A DNA stretch of 63,238 nucleotides, counting the filler, from Bipalium vagum (taxonomy: Eukaryota): NCBI GenBank assembly GCA_037834085.1. It is 3 parts of 3 records of this genome, joined end to end, with 100 filler letters (N's around TTAATTAATTAA, not from the genome) between each part and the next. Parts side by side here need not be neighbours in the genome. Positions count along the whole stretch, not along the records: positions 1 to 30,631 come from JBBMKC010269470.1; 2 more parts are not named here. The stretch is one strand, 5' to 3'. The notes beneath the pieces were generated by a model. It made no database searches and was not told where the DNA came from. It worked only from the letters and a program-made list of their open reading frames with translations. This document shows positions 14,801 through 27,683 of the stretch, piece after piece (position 1 is the stretch's first letter; each line of letters starts with the position of its first letter). A program made the translations under genes and the position numbers.

Positions 14801-15187
14801 GTCACTCAGCAGCCTTCTCGTTCATTATCCAATCAAAAAAGGCATCATTTGAAATCTTTTCTGGCACGATTGTCAGACTTTATCGATTTAAAATTTAATC
14901 AAAAAAAATCTCATTTTGAAGTGAAAATTTATTTTGGGAAAATCTTTTATTGAGTTATAAAAATTTTTAATTTCATCTATTTTAAATTTATATAATAGTT
15001 TTTTTAGTTTTTAATAATTCTTGAATAAAATTTTCAATTTTCATGTAATCAGCGAAATGAAGCATTGAAATCAGTCTAGATTTGAATTAATTATTCCTGT
15101 TTTTCGAAATATTATCTCATTTGAATTATAATTATTTTTTCTAATTAAAATATTTATTTACTTTACTTATTAATAATACTAATATTA

Positions 15188-15240
<53 letters not shown>

Positions 15241-18200
15241 TTATAATCTTTACTATTTATTTTTAAAATGTGCCAGCTCTAAATTATTATCACAAAATAA
15301 TCTCATCTTGTTTCACCAATGTTTCGGAAACGTATTTCTTCATTTTTTCATAATTCAATCTCATACAAAAAGTACTTTAATTAATGATTTATAAATTTGG
15401 TTTTATGTATTTATTAAAAGATTTAGTGCAAATTAAAGTAATGCATACATAACCAAATTAACAATAACTTTATTTCTTAAATAAACGGCTTTCTATACTA
15501 TTTACAAAAATGTTTCAATCTTTTTTTCTTAAAAATAAAAATTAAAAAATTCTTTGAAAATTAAATAAAATCATCGTGAGCCAAGAATAATCAGGAAAAT
15601 AATAGAAATATGAAAATATTAAAATAAAGTAAAAATTATTTGAAAGAAAAAGATTGAAGAATATATCAAAGTAGTGTTATAATAAATAAAATATTTTTTT
15701 CGAAATTATGAATTTAAAAGAAATTATTTGCAACATAATGATGCAGTAAAACAAATGGTTTCAGTAAATACATTATTTATAATTTGTCTAAAATAATTAA
15801 AATAATATAATAATATATAAATATAAACTATTTAATTAATTTAAATAATATTAAAATAAGCAATCGCACCAATACAAAAAAAATATTATTATAAAATAAT
15901 AAAAACCCAGTAAAATTATGATGAAAATGTAGATAGAAATAAAAAATGTTATTAAATAAAAAATTAATAAAACTAATATTAATAAAACGAGGATAATAGG
16001 AAAATTTGAGTTTATTATTAGAAAACATAAACAAATTCTGAGATATCTATTTTTATTGAATAAAACAATTTTTTACTTTTATTATCAATAACAATCCTAA
16101 ATTAATTAATGTCGAACGTAATATAAAAGTGCATCAATTCTTGTTTAATCCCATCAATGTAGAATTTATTTAATGAAATAAATTTTTAGAAATGAAACAA
16201 TAGTTTTGACTGACTTCTGCGTAAACGAAACAATTAACATTAGCAAAATATAATAATAGAAAACTTCTATGAAATTATTTTTATATTTTCTGGGTTTTTA
16301 GTTAATATTTTTATAAAAATATAATTATGATTGATCCATTTTCTATAAATATAGTTCGAAAAGGAAAAGACAATGTTAAAATAATTCGAGGTTTTTGAAA
16401 TTAAAATTACTTTTTAAAATTTCCATAACTGTGAAAACAGGTTTGAAAAATAATTTTATTATTAAATAATTAACTATTATTAATATTATTATTAAATACT
16501 ATTATTAAAATGTATAAACTATTTAGTGATATATTTTTTCATTATTGATCCTAAAATACTATGCTGATTACTGACAAAAGGAAAAAAAATACAAAAAAAT
16601 TTATTTAGGAATAAAACACAAAAGTTGGCCAGATGACAAATCCAAATTTAAATTCATATCCTCAATTTGATTCCTTTCAAACTGTGCCTTTGGAATGAAT
16701 GTTTTGTTAATGGAGTTTAGCGACTTTTTGTTTTGATAAAGTAATTGGGAATACGTTATTAGGTACAAAAAAAAAATATTGAAATTGAACATTTTGAAAA
16801 ATAGAAATGCTGTGTACAAAAGTAAAGTTACTTTTACATGGCATAATTTAGGTATAATACATATATAATAATTTTTTTAATACCTTTTTCTTATTATTTT
16901 CAAGAATCGTTTCATAATGTGTTTTAGATACTTTTCTAAATTAAACCTCAAATTTTAAAAATTAAAAATATTAAAAAAATGGTCTTTACTTAAAACTTGG
17001 TGTTTATTGATAAAAATCACAGATTTTTTATAAAAATATTTTGAGTAGATCAATTTTTTTGAAAAATCTTTTTTCTAAAAAATACATTTTCTTTCTAAAA
17101 TTAGTCGAAAATATTTGATCTATCTTGGAAATTTAAAACCATTTTGTTTTCCTTTGTGTTTCATTTTGAAAACTATTTTTATAATATTATAAGGAAACAC
17201 AATAGATTGAAATTGGTAAAAATAATTTTTTAGGAAATTTTATTTTTATTCTTCTCACAAGCATACACAATGAAAAAATATTGAAAATTAAAAAATATCG
17301 TCAAATAGTTGTCTGTTTACCTTTGTTTTAGTCAGACTAGTTTTAATACTGTATAGTTTATCTTTGGCCAATGTTGTGTTAAGGACAAAAAACAATTTTT
17401 CTCTCTTTTAAAAATGATTTTTTAATATTTTTTCTACATTTGTTCTGCTTTTTAGTAAATTAAAATATTCAGTAAAACTTTGATTAATACTTGAAATATT
17501 TTGATAGAATAATAATAAAAACAAATAATAATGAATAAATAATACTAATAACGGTAATAATATTAATATTAATAAATATAATAATTTAAGATTTATTATT
17601 TATAATAAACCTAAAACTTAATAAAAAGAAATATAATAAATATAATAAGAAAAGGAAAAAAAATAATACAAAATGAAATCAAATATTAATACTAGTGGTT
17701 AAATGAATACCAGAAAGCTTTAAAGGTTATGAACATGGAGATAATTATTTTTTTTATATTTTGGTTCTGAATATCTATAATCAAAAAACATCAAATTTAG
17801 AATAACAGTAAAATAAAATTTATTTTGCAAATAATGGAAAATTATGGGAAAATTTCTCCAAAAAATTTCTTCAGTAAATATAAATCCATTATTTTTTATT
17901 GTCACAGACTAAGCATTCCATTGAAACTGTTTTTATTTGTTTGAAAAATTTTCCCATATCTTCATTCAAAATATATTTATTTACCATTATTCGAGAGAGA
18001 ATTATTCAGTTTTGTTTGGCTTTAGCTTGATGTTGTTAAGAAGCAGCTGTCCAGGAATGAAAACCAGGGGGATTCCGTCTATAGGCCAATAGCAGAACAA
18101 AAGTTAGTAGAGTTGAAAGACAGCCTGAATCAAATCAGAAATTGGCACGAAGACGAAGTCAATGAAAGGAGGATGTTGGAAAAAACGGTTATGTCAAAGT

Positions 18201-21200
18201 ATGTTACAAAATGTGTATAGATTTCCGTAAATTGTATGTCAGCATAAGTCATAATTTGTATTAATACAAAAGATAATTAACTTAAAAAAATATATAATAA
18301 CAATAGTAATATTAAAACATTAAACTTAAATGAAAATTAAGTTGAAAAATCTAATATTACGATGTAAGAAAATGATAATCTGGAAAAAATTATTATATTA
18401 ATTGTTATAACGTTGAATGGCTTAACTAAACGTCAAATCGTAAAATATTAGCATATATTTATTTAAGATTCTTTCTTTAAATTCAATACAGTTCTGGAAG
18501 CAATATAAAATATTTCTAAACAATGCCTGGTATCGTCTTAAAAAAATAGGTCTAAACATCTGTTACTGCCTTTTGGGAATTCTGAAAGGCACTGTGTCTT
18601 TGTCACCACAGAGAAAATTTATGTTTTAGAATATTTCAAGGGTTCATGATGACAAATTCATTTATCTGACTGAAAATTTACTTGTGACATTGAATATGAA
18701 GAAATATCATGAAAACCGAACAAAGTACATTATGGCCTGAAAAATGTTAATGATAATAACCCTAAAGTACTCAAACGTAATGAAATTATTCATTAAAATA
18801 TGTCAACGTCATTTTTTATATTTAAAACAAGCCAGTTTTCTTATACATGTATTGGGTTGACAAGAAACATCGTGCGTTTTTTAATATTGGAATTTGAAAA
18901 TCAAATTTTTATAAATTAATCATTTAGTTGTTGTTTAAATAATATAATAGTCTTATGCGATAATTAAGATATCATTATGCAAGATAAGAAGCTGCATTTT
19001 CGTCATATTTTGTTGTTCTTTTTTGAAAAAGGCAAGTTTTATAATATTATAAATATTATATTACTTTTAAGAAGATAAACGAGCCTCGAAGGTACATAGG
19101 CAAATATGTAAAGTATATGGAGATGATGGTTTATCAATACGAGTATGTCAAAAATGGTTAGCCAAATTCAGTTGTGGGGAATTCAATATGAACGATGTAT
19201 TCCGCTCCGGAGCGCCAATCTCACATTGATCCAAACGCTATTAAGTCTCTTATCAAAAGAAATCGCAACGACACTAAAGACATGACATAATAGAAATAAT
19301 AAATAAAATAAAGAAATAAAAATAAGAAATTTATGCACTTCCAAAGCGAAAGCAGAAGTGTATTGGGCTGATGGGGCTGATGAGGCTTACTTTGGTTAAC
19401 AATTTTTAGTTAGGTTGATTTTATTTTTATTTTAATGTCTCGATTCAAAAGTAAACACCAATCTGTTATGCGATTTTTCTCGAACTCTTGAACAATTTAA
19501 ATTTTTTTCAAGGGATTTCTTTGAAAAAAGTTTATCTCAGGTTTACCGAAGTTGCCGCTTCTATAAGCGAACAATCAAGAGCTAGAGAAGAAATTATTCG
19601 AGAAATTCAATATGCACAAAGAGAGAGAGACCATAAAACGGAGGCAGAAAGGTTCCTTTTGCCAACTCGAATGGTTTCAATTTTATTTACCATATCTGTA
19701 GATTATTGATCCAAAATAAAATTGCGGAAATGTCTGAACAAATCAACGCAAAAGTGCTGGAGAAGGATTTACGGTTACGGGAAGAACAAATGAAGCGTCA
19801 GTCCGAGTTGGAAAGGGTAATCGTTTGTGTAATTTTAAAAAAAATGAAATTAATGAATTTTAATTTCAATTTGCATTTCTTAAACTAGAGTTCTATTTAA
19901 GATATTATTATTATTATTAACTATCTATTTTCTGAATAAATCAATATCTATAAAAACACATGTAAACCCTTATTTTTAAACAACGTCCATTTCGCTCTCG
20001 ATTATTGTTAAAAATAAAAAGTTCTTGGACACTAAATATTATAATGGTCTATTAACAAAATCTAATTAAAACTTTGAAGTTAGTGAAAACTGAAATATGG
20101 AAACAATGAAATACATACACCTTCACTATTTATTAAATTAATAGACAATAAAAATAACATGGATAGATTATTCACAAGAATTAAAAATAAAATCATTAAA
20201 TTTGCATGTCATCGAATAACCAGCCTTTTATTTTCTATACGGTTTTAACAATTCTGGGCATTTTGATATTGTTAAATAAGCTATAACGTTTTACAACTTT
20301 CCACTGACTCCTTTGATATTTCTTCAGTAACATGTTTCATATCTATGAGTTTCTTTGATTCTCTCAAGTTTTCATGAAGTTCATGAAGGTGAAAGAAAAA
20401 AAATCATGCATTAATGATTTTACTTGACAGAGATTGTTGGTTAATTTATAAGAACTTTGTTTTATCCTAAATGATGCGGTTTCATCTGTTTATAAAACAA
20501 TTTATATAAAAGAATGTTTCTATTATTAATATTATCATCCATTGGACAAACTCCTTTTTTTGTACCATAACAAATCTGAATATTCAAACAAGTCTTAAAT
20601 ATCAAATCACTGCAATTATTATACATTTATAAAATACAGACGTGTTTCAGAAAATTGATAGTTTTAAATTGTTGCAGTTTTTTCTGGTACCAATTATTCG
20701 ATCTTACCAATAAATGTTCGACATTGAGGGCTGTATAAAACATAATTTAACTCTTATATTAAATATAATTTAAAAAGTTGAGGAAAGCTATTTTTACATT
20801 ACACAATAGTGATCATATTTACTTACAATATCACCTGGTTTTTTGATGAGGTTTCTTTTTCGCTTTTTTATTTTTTATGTTCAACAAAAAAAGAAGAAAT
20901 GATATCAAAATAAAATTCATTTATTAAATCTCAAATATAATCCATGGATGAATGAGGCCAGACATAATCCAAGGAGTAAACCGTTGACGATATCTGGATG
21001 TGAATCAGGAGAGGCGAATTGAATAATGATCTGTTGCAGCAAATTTATACCTCCAGACACAATAAATATGGTTCCGATCAAAGTTCCGAAATACTTCTTT
21101 GGAAAAGCTGATATTGTATAAACATCGTTCATGAGAAAAATTGTCGATCTCACTATTCCAATGCACAAAAACACAAGGTAGAACAGGTATTGATTGGGTA

Positions 21201-24200
21201 TAAAAATTAGAGACGATGCAACTATTATTAACAAGGAGCATATACAGCTTGGAACTAAGAAACGTCTGTTAATTTTGTTATAAACCACTTTTCCGGAAAC
21301 GTTGTCTTCGTTAGACAAATAGTCAAGAGTATCTCTTTGATATTTGTCGAGAAAAAACCCAAAGATTGGAGAAACTATTAATGAGACAATAAAGAAAATG
21401 TTACTGATCGATAGAAGATGTGTGATCAGATCAGGGTGAGTGGGGAACAAATATTGTAATTGCAAAGATATTTGTGTCAGAAAAAATGAGGTCCTGAAAT
21501 TTAATAGAGAAAAGAAAGCCACTTGGATTATAAATGCCGGTGAAAATAAACATGACCGAATCGTTGGGAACTGGTCGTCCACGGCTTTTTCATACATTAC
21601 CCTTATGCTTTCTGCTTTCTGATTGGCCTCGTTTGCAACAGCCTCACATGTACCTTTTTCTGCATTGGTCTCACTTTCATTATTTGATATCAAATCTTTG
21701 ACATTTGATTTCAAATATATCAAAGAAAACAGTAATATGGAAGCACCTATACATCCATAACAAATAAAAAGTATGTATAATGGTGCTCCAAAATCTGTCA
21801 GATATTTAATTCCACTCATGACAATGGAGGAGGAATCGAAAAGAGCAGTGAAAACGGAAATCAGAATGCCCCCGTTCCGTTTGATTATAGCGGTCAGCGA
21901 CACATTCACAAATCCCAAACAATGGGATGTTATTGATAATAAAGACCCAGATGCAAAGAGTAGGAAATTCATTTTTGGTGTAAATGCCAAACATACCGAT
22001 CCTGCAAATAAACAAACGGCCCCAATTATTTTCAATACTCTGATTCCAAATTGGTCTAAGATTATTCCTAAGAAAACTCCAGTAAAGGATTGGACCATAA
22101 GCCACGTTAGAAATGCTCGTCCAAAATACAAGTCTTGAGTAACACAAGTTATAGTGACATTGTTCTCACTTTGATCACAATATTGAGAAAATACTCCTTC
22201 GTTTTTGTAGGCCGGAATCAATGAATTAAACCCAAAAAAGCTTCCACTAAAAAATGCCATTTCAATAATGGCTGTGAAAATAATGATCGTCTTCTTGATA
22301 TTCACCATGGGATATTATATGTGATAATAATATTTTTTATGTCACATTTTGTGAACAAAGATTAATTAAAGTGGTTTCCGTATAAAAATTCTTGAGATTT
22401 TTTTATTATTAAATAATAATAATAAATAAATTAAATTAATTTTATTTTGTAACATTATTTTTTTATATATAACAGGGATATCAAATGTTTCCTGCAAAAC
22501 AAATATTTAAAAAATAGAAAATAAGCTCAAAAATCAATATAATTTTACTAAATTATAAAGTTTGATATAATTCGTAATCTTTTTGAGCTTTAGAAAAAGT
22601 GGATGGGAACATGATTTTTCCATCTAATATATTTAATTAATTGAAAAAATAATAATATCTAACAACAGGTCTTGAAGAAACGTAAACATTTGACCAATTG
22701 AGGTAAGTTTATATTTCATGAAGAAAAAGTAAGATCACACAAGTTTGATCAAAATATTCATACTGATTTAGGATGGAGTCCTCTCAATCGCTATCCATAT
22801 CCTTCCGATCACTTTTTATCGATAAATCTATTTTAATAGAAAACAATTCGAGTCTTTTATTCTTATCCTAATTCCAAAATTTCAAAAGTGGAATTTTGAA
22901 GCTATGTCAGATTATCGAAAACAGTGTCCAATACCAAACTAATTAATATTTTAATATGAAATGAATAATTTATTATAAAATTCGGGAAAATATTATTTGC
23001 CTTCCCATTACACAAAAATTCCTTTCGCATTTCAATATTTGATCCTGATCACAATGTCTTATCTGCTATGTCTTAAGCTTATCACATATATTTTTTTATT
23101 TTAAATGGACATATAAACATTTATAATATTTTTATATAAAAAGTTTCCGAGATTTTTAAAGAAATATAATATTAGTCTGCTAGCGATTGTGACCTACTCT
23201 CCAATCAGTAATTGTCTCAAGTTATATCACAAGATATAAATGTTTTCGAAAGAATAACAAAAATTAATGTTTGCACGTATCAGTTTTTATTTTGTCTTAC
23301 AGACCAAATCCATATTTATTAAAATTTAAGTTTTAAAGACACTGTTTTCAATTCAACTTCAAAACAAATTATTGATTTAATTTAATAGTTAATGAAAATT
23401 AAATTTTTATTAATTTTGAATCTTTCAACTTTTTAATTTTTTCTTACTAATTTTGTTTAAATTGATAACAGTAAGTTCTGGATAAACCATTTTATCAATA
23501 TTTAACTAATTTTATCATTAATTTTTATTTAATTGAAATAATTATAAAATTGAAAGTTTTCTTATTTCCACATTTAATTTCTATCAGTAAACCATTAATA
23601 TCAAATTTCTAATTTATTTATTCAACACAATAATCTTAGATCACATGTTGCAACACGAGTAAAACAAACTTTGAGAACACTTCATTTATAATAACCACGA
23701 TTAAATGTGTTATTTAATAAAAATATGAAGTGCCTTTGTTTTTATATAGATGCTGAGATCTGAACAAGAATCACGAATTGCTTATGAACGGGAATTAAGG
23801 CTTGAAAATGATCGTCGGTTCGACTCAGTCAATCAAATAAAAATGGAAGAATTAAGAAATATCAAAGAATCAATAAAAGTTAGATTTGATTTTCGTTTTT
23901 TTTAATTTTGTTTCCTAATTTTGACAGAATTACAAATTCTAATGAAAAATTACACACCTGTAACAAAAATTTTCCCTCTCAATTTTTTTTATTGCATTCG
24001 AAAGTGCATGTTAAATAATGGTGAAATGTAAAATAATTTTGAAATCGATCAATTAGATTTTAAGATAATTCAATTTTTATAAAGATTTTATCATATATTA
24101 TTTTGTTTAAGTTAACATATTAAACATAATAGTAAACTTTTCAAATTGAAATATTTAGATAAAGATGCAATTTAAAAGGTATATATTTAATGTTGTCATG

Positions 24201-27200
24201 AAATATTTTAATATTTTAAATATTTTAATCATTTATAAACTGTTTCAGGTGTCATGAACAAAGCAAACCATAAAATTAATCCGGATGATTTCTGCTTTGT
24301 TTGCGCGAAATTCATTGCGAGGTATCCAAGCTAATTTAATGCCGTAGTTCAAGATGCCTATTGGAAATATTTCAAAAGTAATAGTAATAATAATAGCAAA
24401 GGTTTTGCACCGTCTTATGTATGTCCTTCTTGCTATCGATATTTATATATGTACAGTCGGAATGGCAGTTATAAATTGCCTTTTCAGTGCCCAGCAATTT
24501 GGACTGAAAATAAGATCAATGATTTCGGTATTTGCTATTTCTACTCAATTGAAAAACCGACTTTAAAAAATAAACCTATTTATTTTGATTGTAACAATTG
24601 TCAAATACCCAGATTGTCCGGGCTTGGCTGATCGCACGACATTGTCACCTTTCAGTAGTACTGATTCTGGTAACGCAAGCACATGTGCATTTGATATAAG
24701 TGGAAATGAGTCTAGATTTGAATGGTCAACCAACTCTTTTCAGGATTTTTTGTATGGAATTGAATCTGATATGGCAAATCGTAACACCAATGAAATTATT
24801 CTGTGGTTCTTTTCTTCTCGTGATGGAATGTATCTTTATCATGATATCGGAGGCTTGCTAAATATTTATATATATTTATATATACAGATTGAATATAACA
24901 GAAGTGATTGGTGCCTTTTTATAGTTTCTTCGATGAAAAGTCTAAAGGCAGGTCTCATGTACAAAAATAGGACATATTAAAGAAAAACGTGATTCAATCA
25001 AGAAAATATTTGAGGTACTTGATTACCATAGTCATGAATGGCTGATAATGTGCGACCTTAAAGTATTAAATTTTATTATGGGTTTAAAAAGTGGATTCAC
25101 AAAATACCCATGCTTGTGTTGTATGTTTGACTCCAGAAACAATCATCTTGACTTCAAATTGGATAAAATTTGGCCACCTCGTATATCTTATGACAGGCAG
25201 CCGTTAGTAACAGCAGAAAAAATTGTTTTACCTGTTTTGCACATAAAACTTATCCTCTTTCAAAAGTTTGTCAAATCCTTGGACAAGAATAGTAACTACT
25301 ACAAGCTAATTCGCAAAAAATTTAATAAGTCTGAAGCCAAACTTGAAAATGGTGTTTTCTATGGTCCAGATATTCTTCGTCTCATTAATGACTCCAATTT
25401 TTCTGGTAGTATGACACCTTGCCAGCTTATGGTCTGGGAAAACATTTGCTTGGTAGTCAAAGGTGTTTTAGGTAAGGATGTGAGTGAAAACTGGGAACAA
25501 AGACTAGACGATTTAATGGATAGCTTAGCAGTAATGGGTTGTGAACTAGTTAGCAATAAGATGCACCTTCTTTTCATTATAAGTAAGAAAATAATGTTCT
25601 TATTTTTAATTTTTGTCGAACCGTTTTCATTAAGTATGATATGATCCACTTTGTTTACTATAGTCAGAATATATTTTTGAATCTTATTGATTTCTTGATA
25701 AAATTTAACTTTCGTTATTGTATCCAACGGCATTTTGAAAAATACTTAAAATATATCATAGAACGAATTTTTAACGAATTTATGGTGAGAAAATGTTGCA
25801 GGGTTTGGTCGATATTCAACAAATTTGCAGAACACTTGCAATTGTTTTATAGATTATATTCTATTCTAGTGCTAGAAAGATGTTGAAAAAGTATTATTTA
25901 TATTTCTCAAAAAAACTAATGAGAAATAAAATAATAATAAATAATAAATGAATAAGAATAAGTAATAAAAAAATCATTTTTTATTTAAATCATCTCTTCT
26001 TTTTCAGTTGAATAAGTATCATTTAAGCATTAGGTTGTCCAGTAAGAAATTTCATGTTTTACTAGTAAATAAAATATCCCATAAAAAACTGATAAATAAA
26101 ATATTTTCCATTAATATTGAAACACTTTTACTTATGATAAAATAGTCTATGGATTCCAATTGGATAAAATTCCAGACTTCTGGATTCAAAAAGTTTAGCC
26201 ATTTTTTTTTAATCATGTGGATTAAGCAATTCTGCAATTTCTGTGCAGTCATTTGATAAATTTATGCAGTCTTGCATTATCTTGAGGCAAATTTGGCCTC
26301 TTTCGATTTATCAGACAGGCTGTTGTCAATGAACTTACAGTGTATTGTCTAAATTTCCTGACATTATAACCTCAAAGTGATAGTTTCACCAGATTTTAAG
26401 AAATTATAATGGGTTAAGCCAACTGCATTCTGCGAAACAGGTATCATTGTCTTCTTAAGGTTAAAATTTTGGTTGGGAATCTATTTTCATTTATCTTATC
26501 ACGATTTCATTTTCTCTTGTCACCGGTGAACCATATTGAACCATTTATAACGTTTTAATAAATTTAAACAATATGCATACACGAATTTTTTTCTCTATCA
26601 TACTTAAAAAGGATGAAAAATAAAATTGTATTTTTCTTATACGATGTAAGTAAACATTGAAATTCCTGTTTTAATTTGGTATATTTAAACAAGATATGCT
26701 TAACAAATGTTTCATGTGGACAATCTCATATTTAGCAAATTTACGAATGATTAAGCAGCAGTCGGTTTTAATCAACTTATTCAATTACCTTCACATACTG
26801 CGGAGATTTTATATACATAAATTGGTTCTTTAAAGTTTTATTGCAGGAATCTTGATATTAATGGAAAATATTTTAATACAGTATAACCTTCTTAATATAA
26901 ACACAGGTTATATGAACATGTATCATAAATCATTAAAATTTGAAAAAAGTTCTCTAAAAAGTTGGTTCTTCAAAGAGAACTATGTATGAAAAAAAGTATA
27001 TAGGAATTTTGACCATTGATTTTTCAATAAAAAGAAGTGTCATAAAAAATAAAAGAACTAAAGGAAGTAGTCTTTTATATTGTAAATATTATTCTTTTAG
27101 ACACAAAAAATAATTGTGTAGAATTTTTCATATTGGACAGATATGACTTTGTATTCTTCGCCATTATCACAAATACTCAATACGACGGAAAATTCATTTT

Positions 27201-27638
27201 CATTTATATGTTTCATTTCTCTTCCAACTTTAAAGTTCATCTCGTCACTAAGTAGTTTGTTCTTCTGTTTTTTGAGTGACCACTAATTCGATTTTTAAAG
27301 TGACGTTATACCTCTATTATTTAAAGATGACCATGACTGTAATCTCTGACAATGAATTTATATTATTTTTAAAATACATAATGAAAATTATATTTTTACA
27401 AAATTTTCATTAAATAATTTTTGTAGCATGATAAAATTAAATACGTGGACTCCATCAAACGACTTGACGAAGCCTTGAGCATATTGGAACGACAAATTGA
27501 TGGGAATAAGATCGAAACCACAAAAATGATTTCAGCTGAGATCAAAACCAGGTTCTTAACATATTAATGTTCCAAAGACACTTGGGTTTAATTTTAAATT
27601 AATCTCCATTACTAATTATTATTCCAATTATTATCACA

Positions 27639-27683
<45 letters not shown>

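Noticed and set aside
21005-22147. Overlapping ORFs on both strands within the SLC43 gene
   Set aside because: Shadow frames of a real coding sequence with no independent motifs. The same applies to 53221-53556, 25359-25733 and the antisense ORFs over the Gypsy element.
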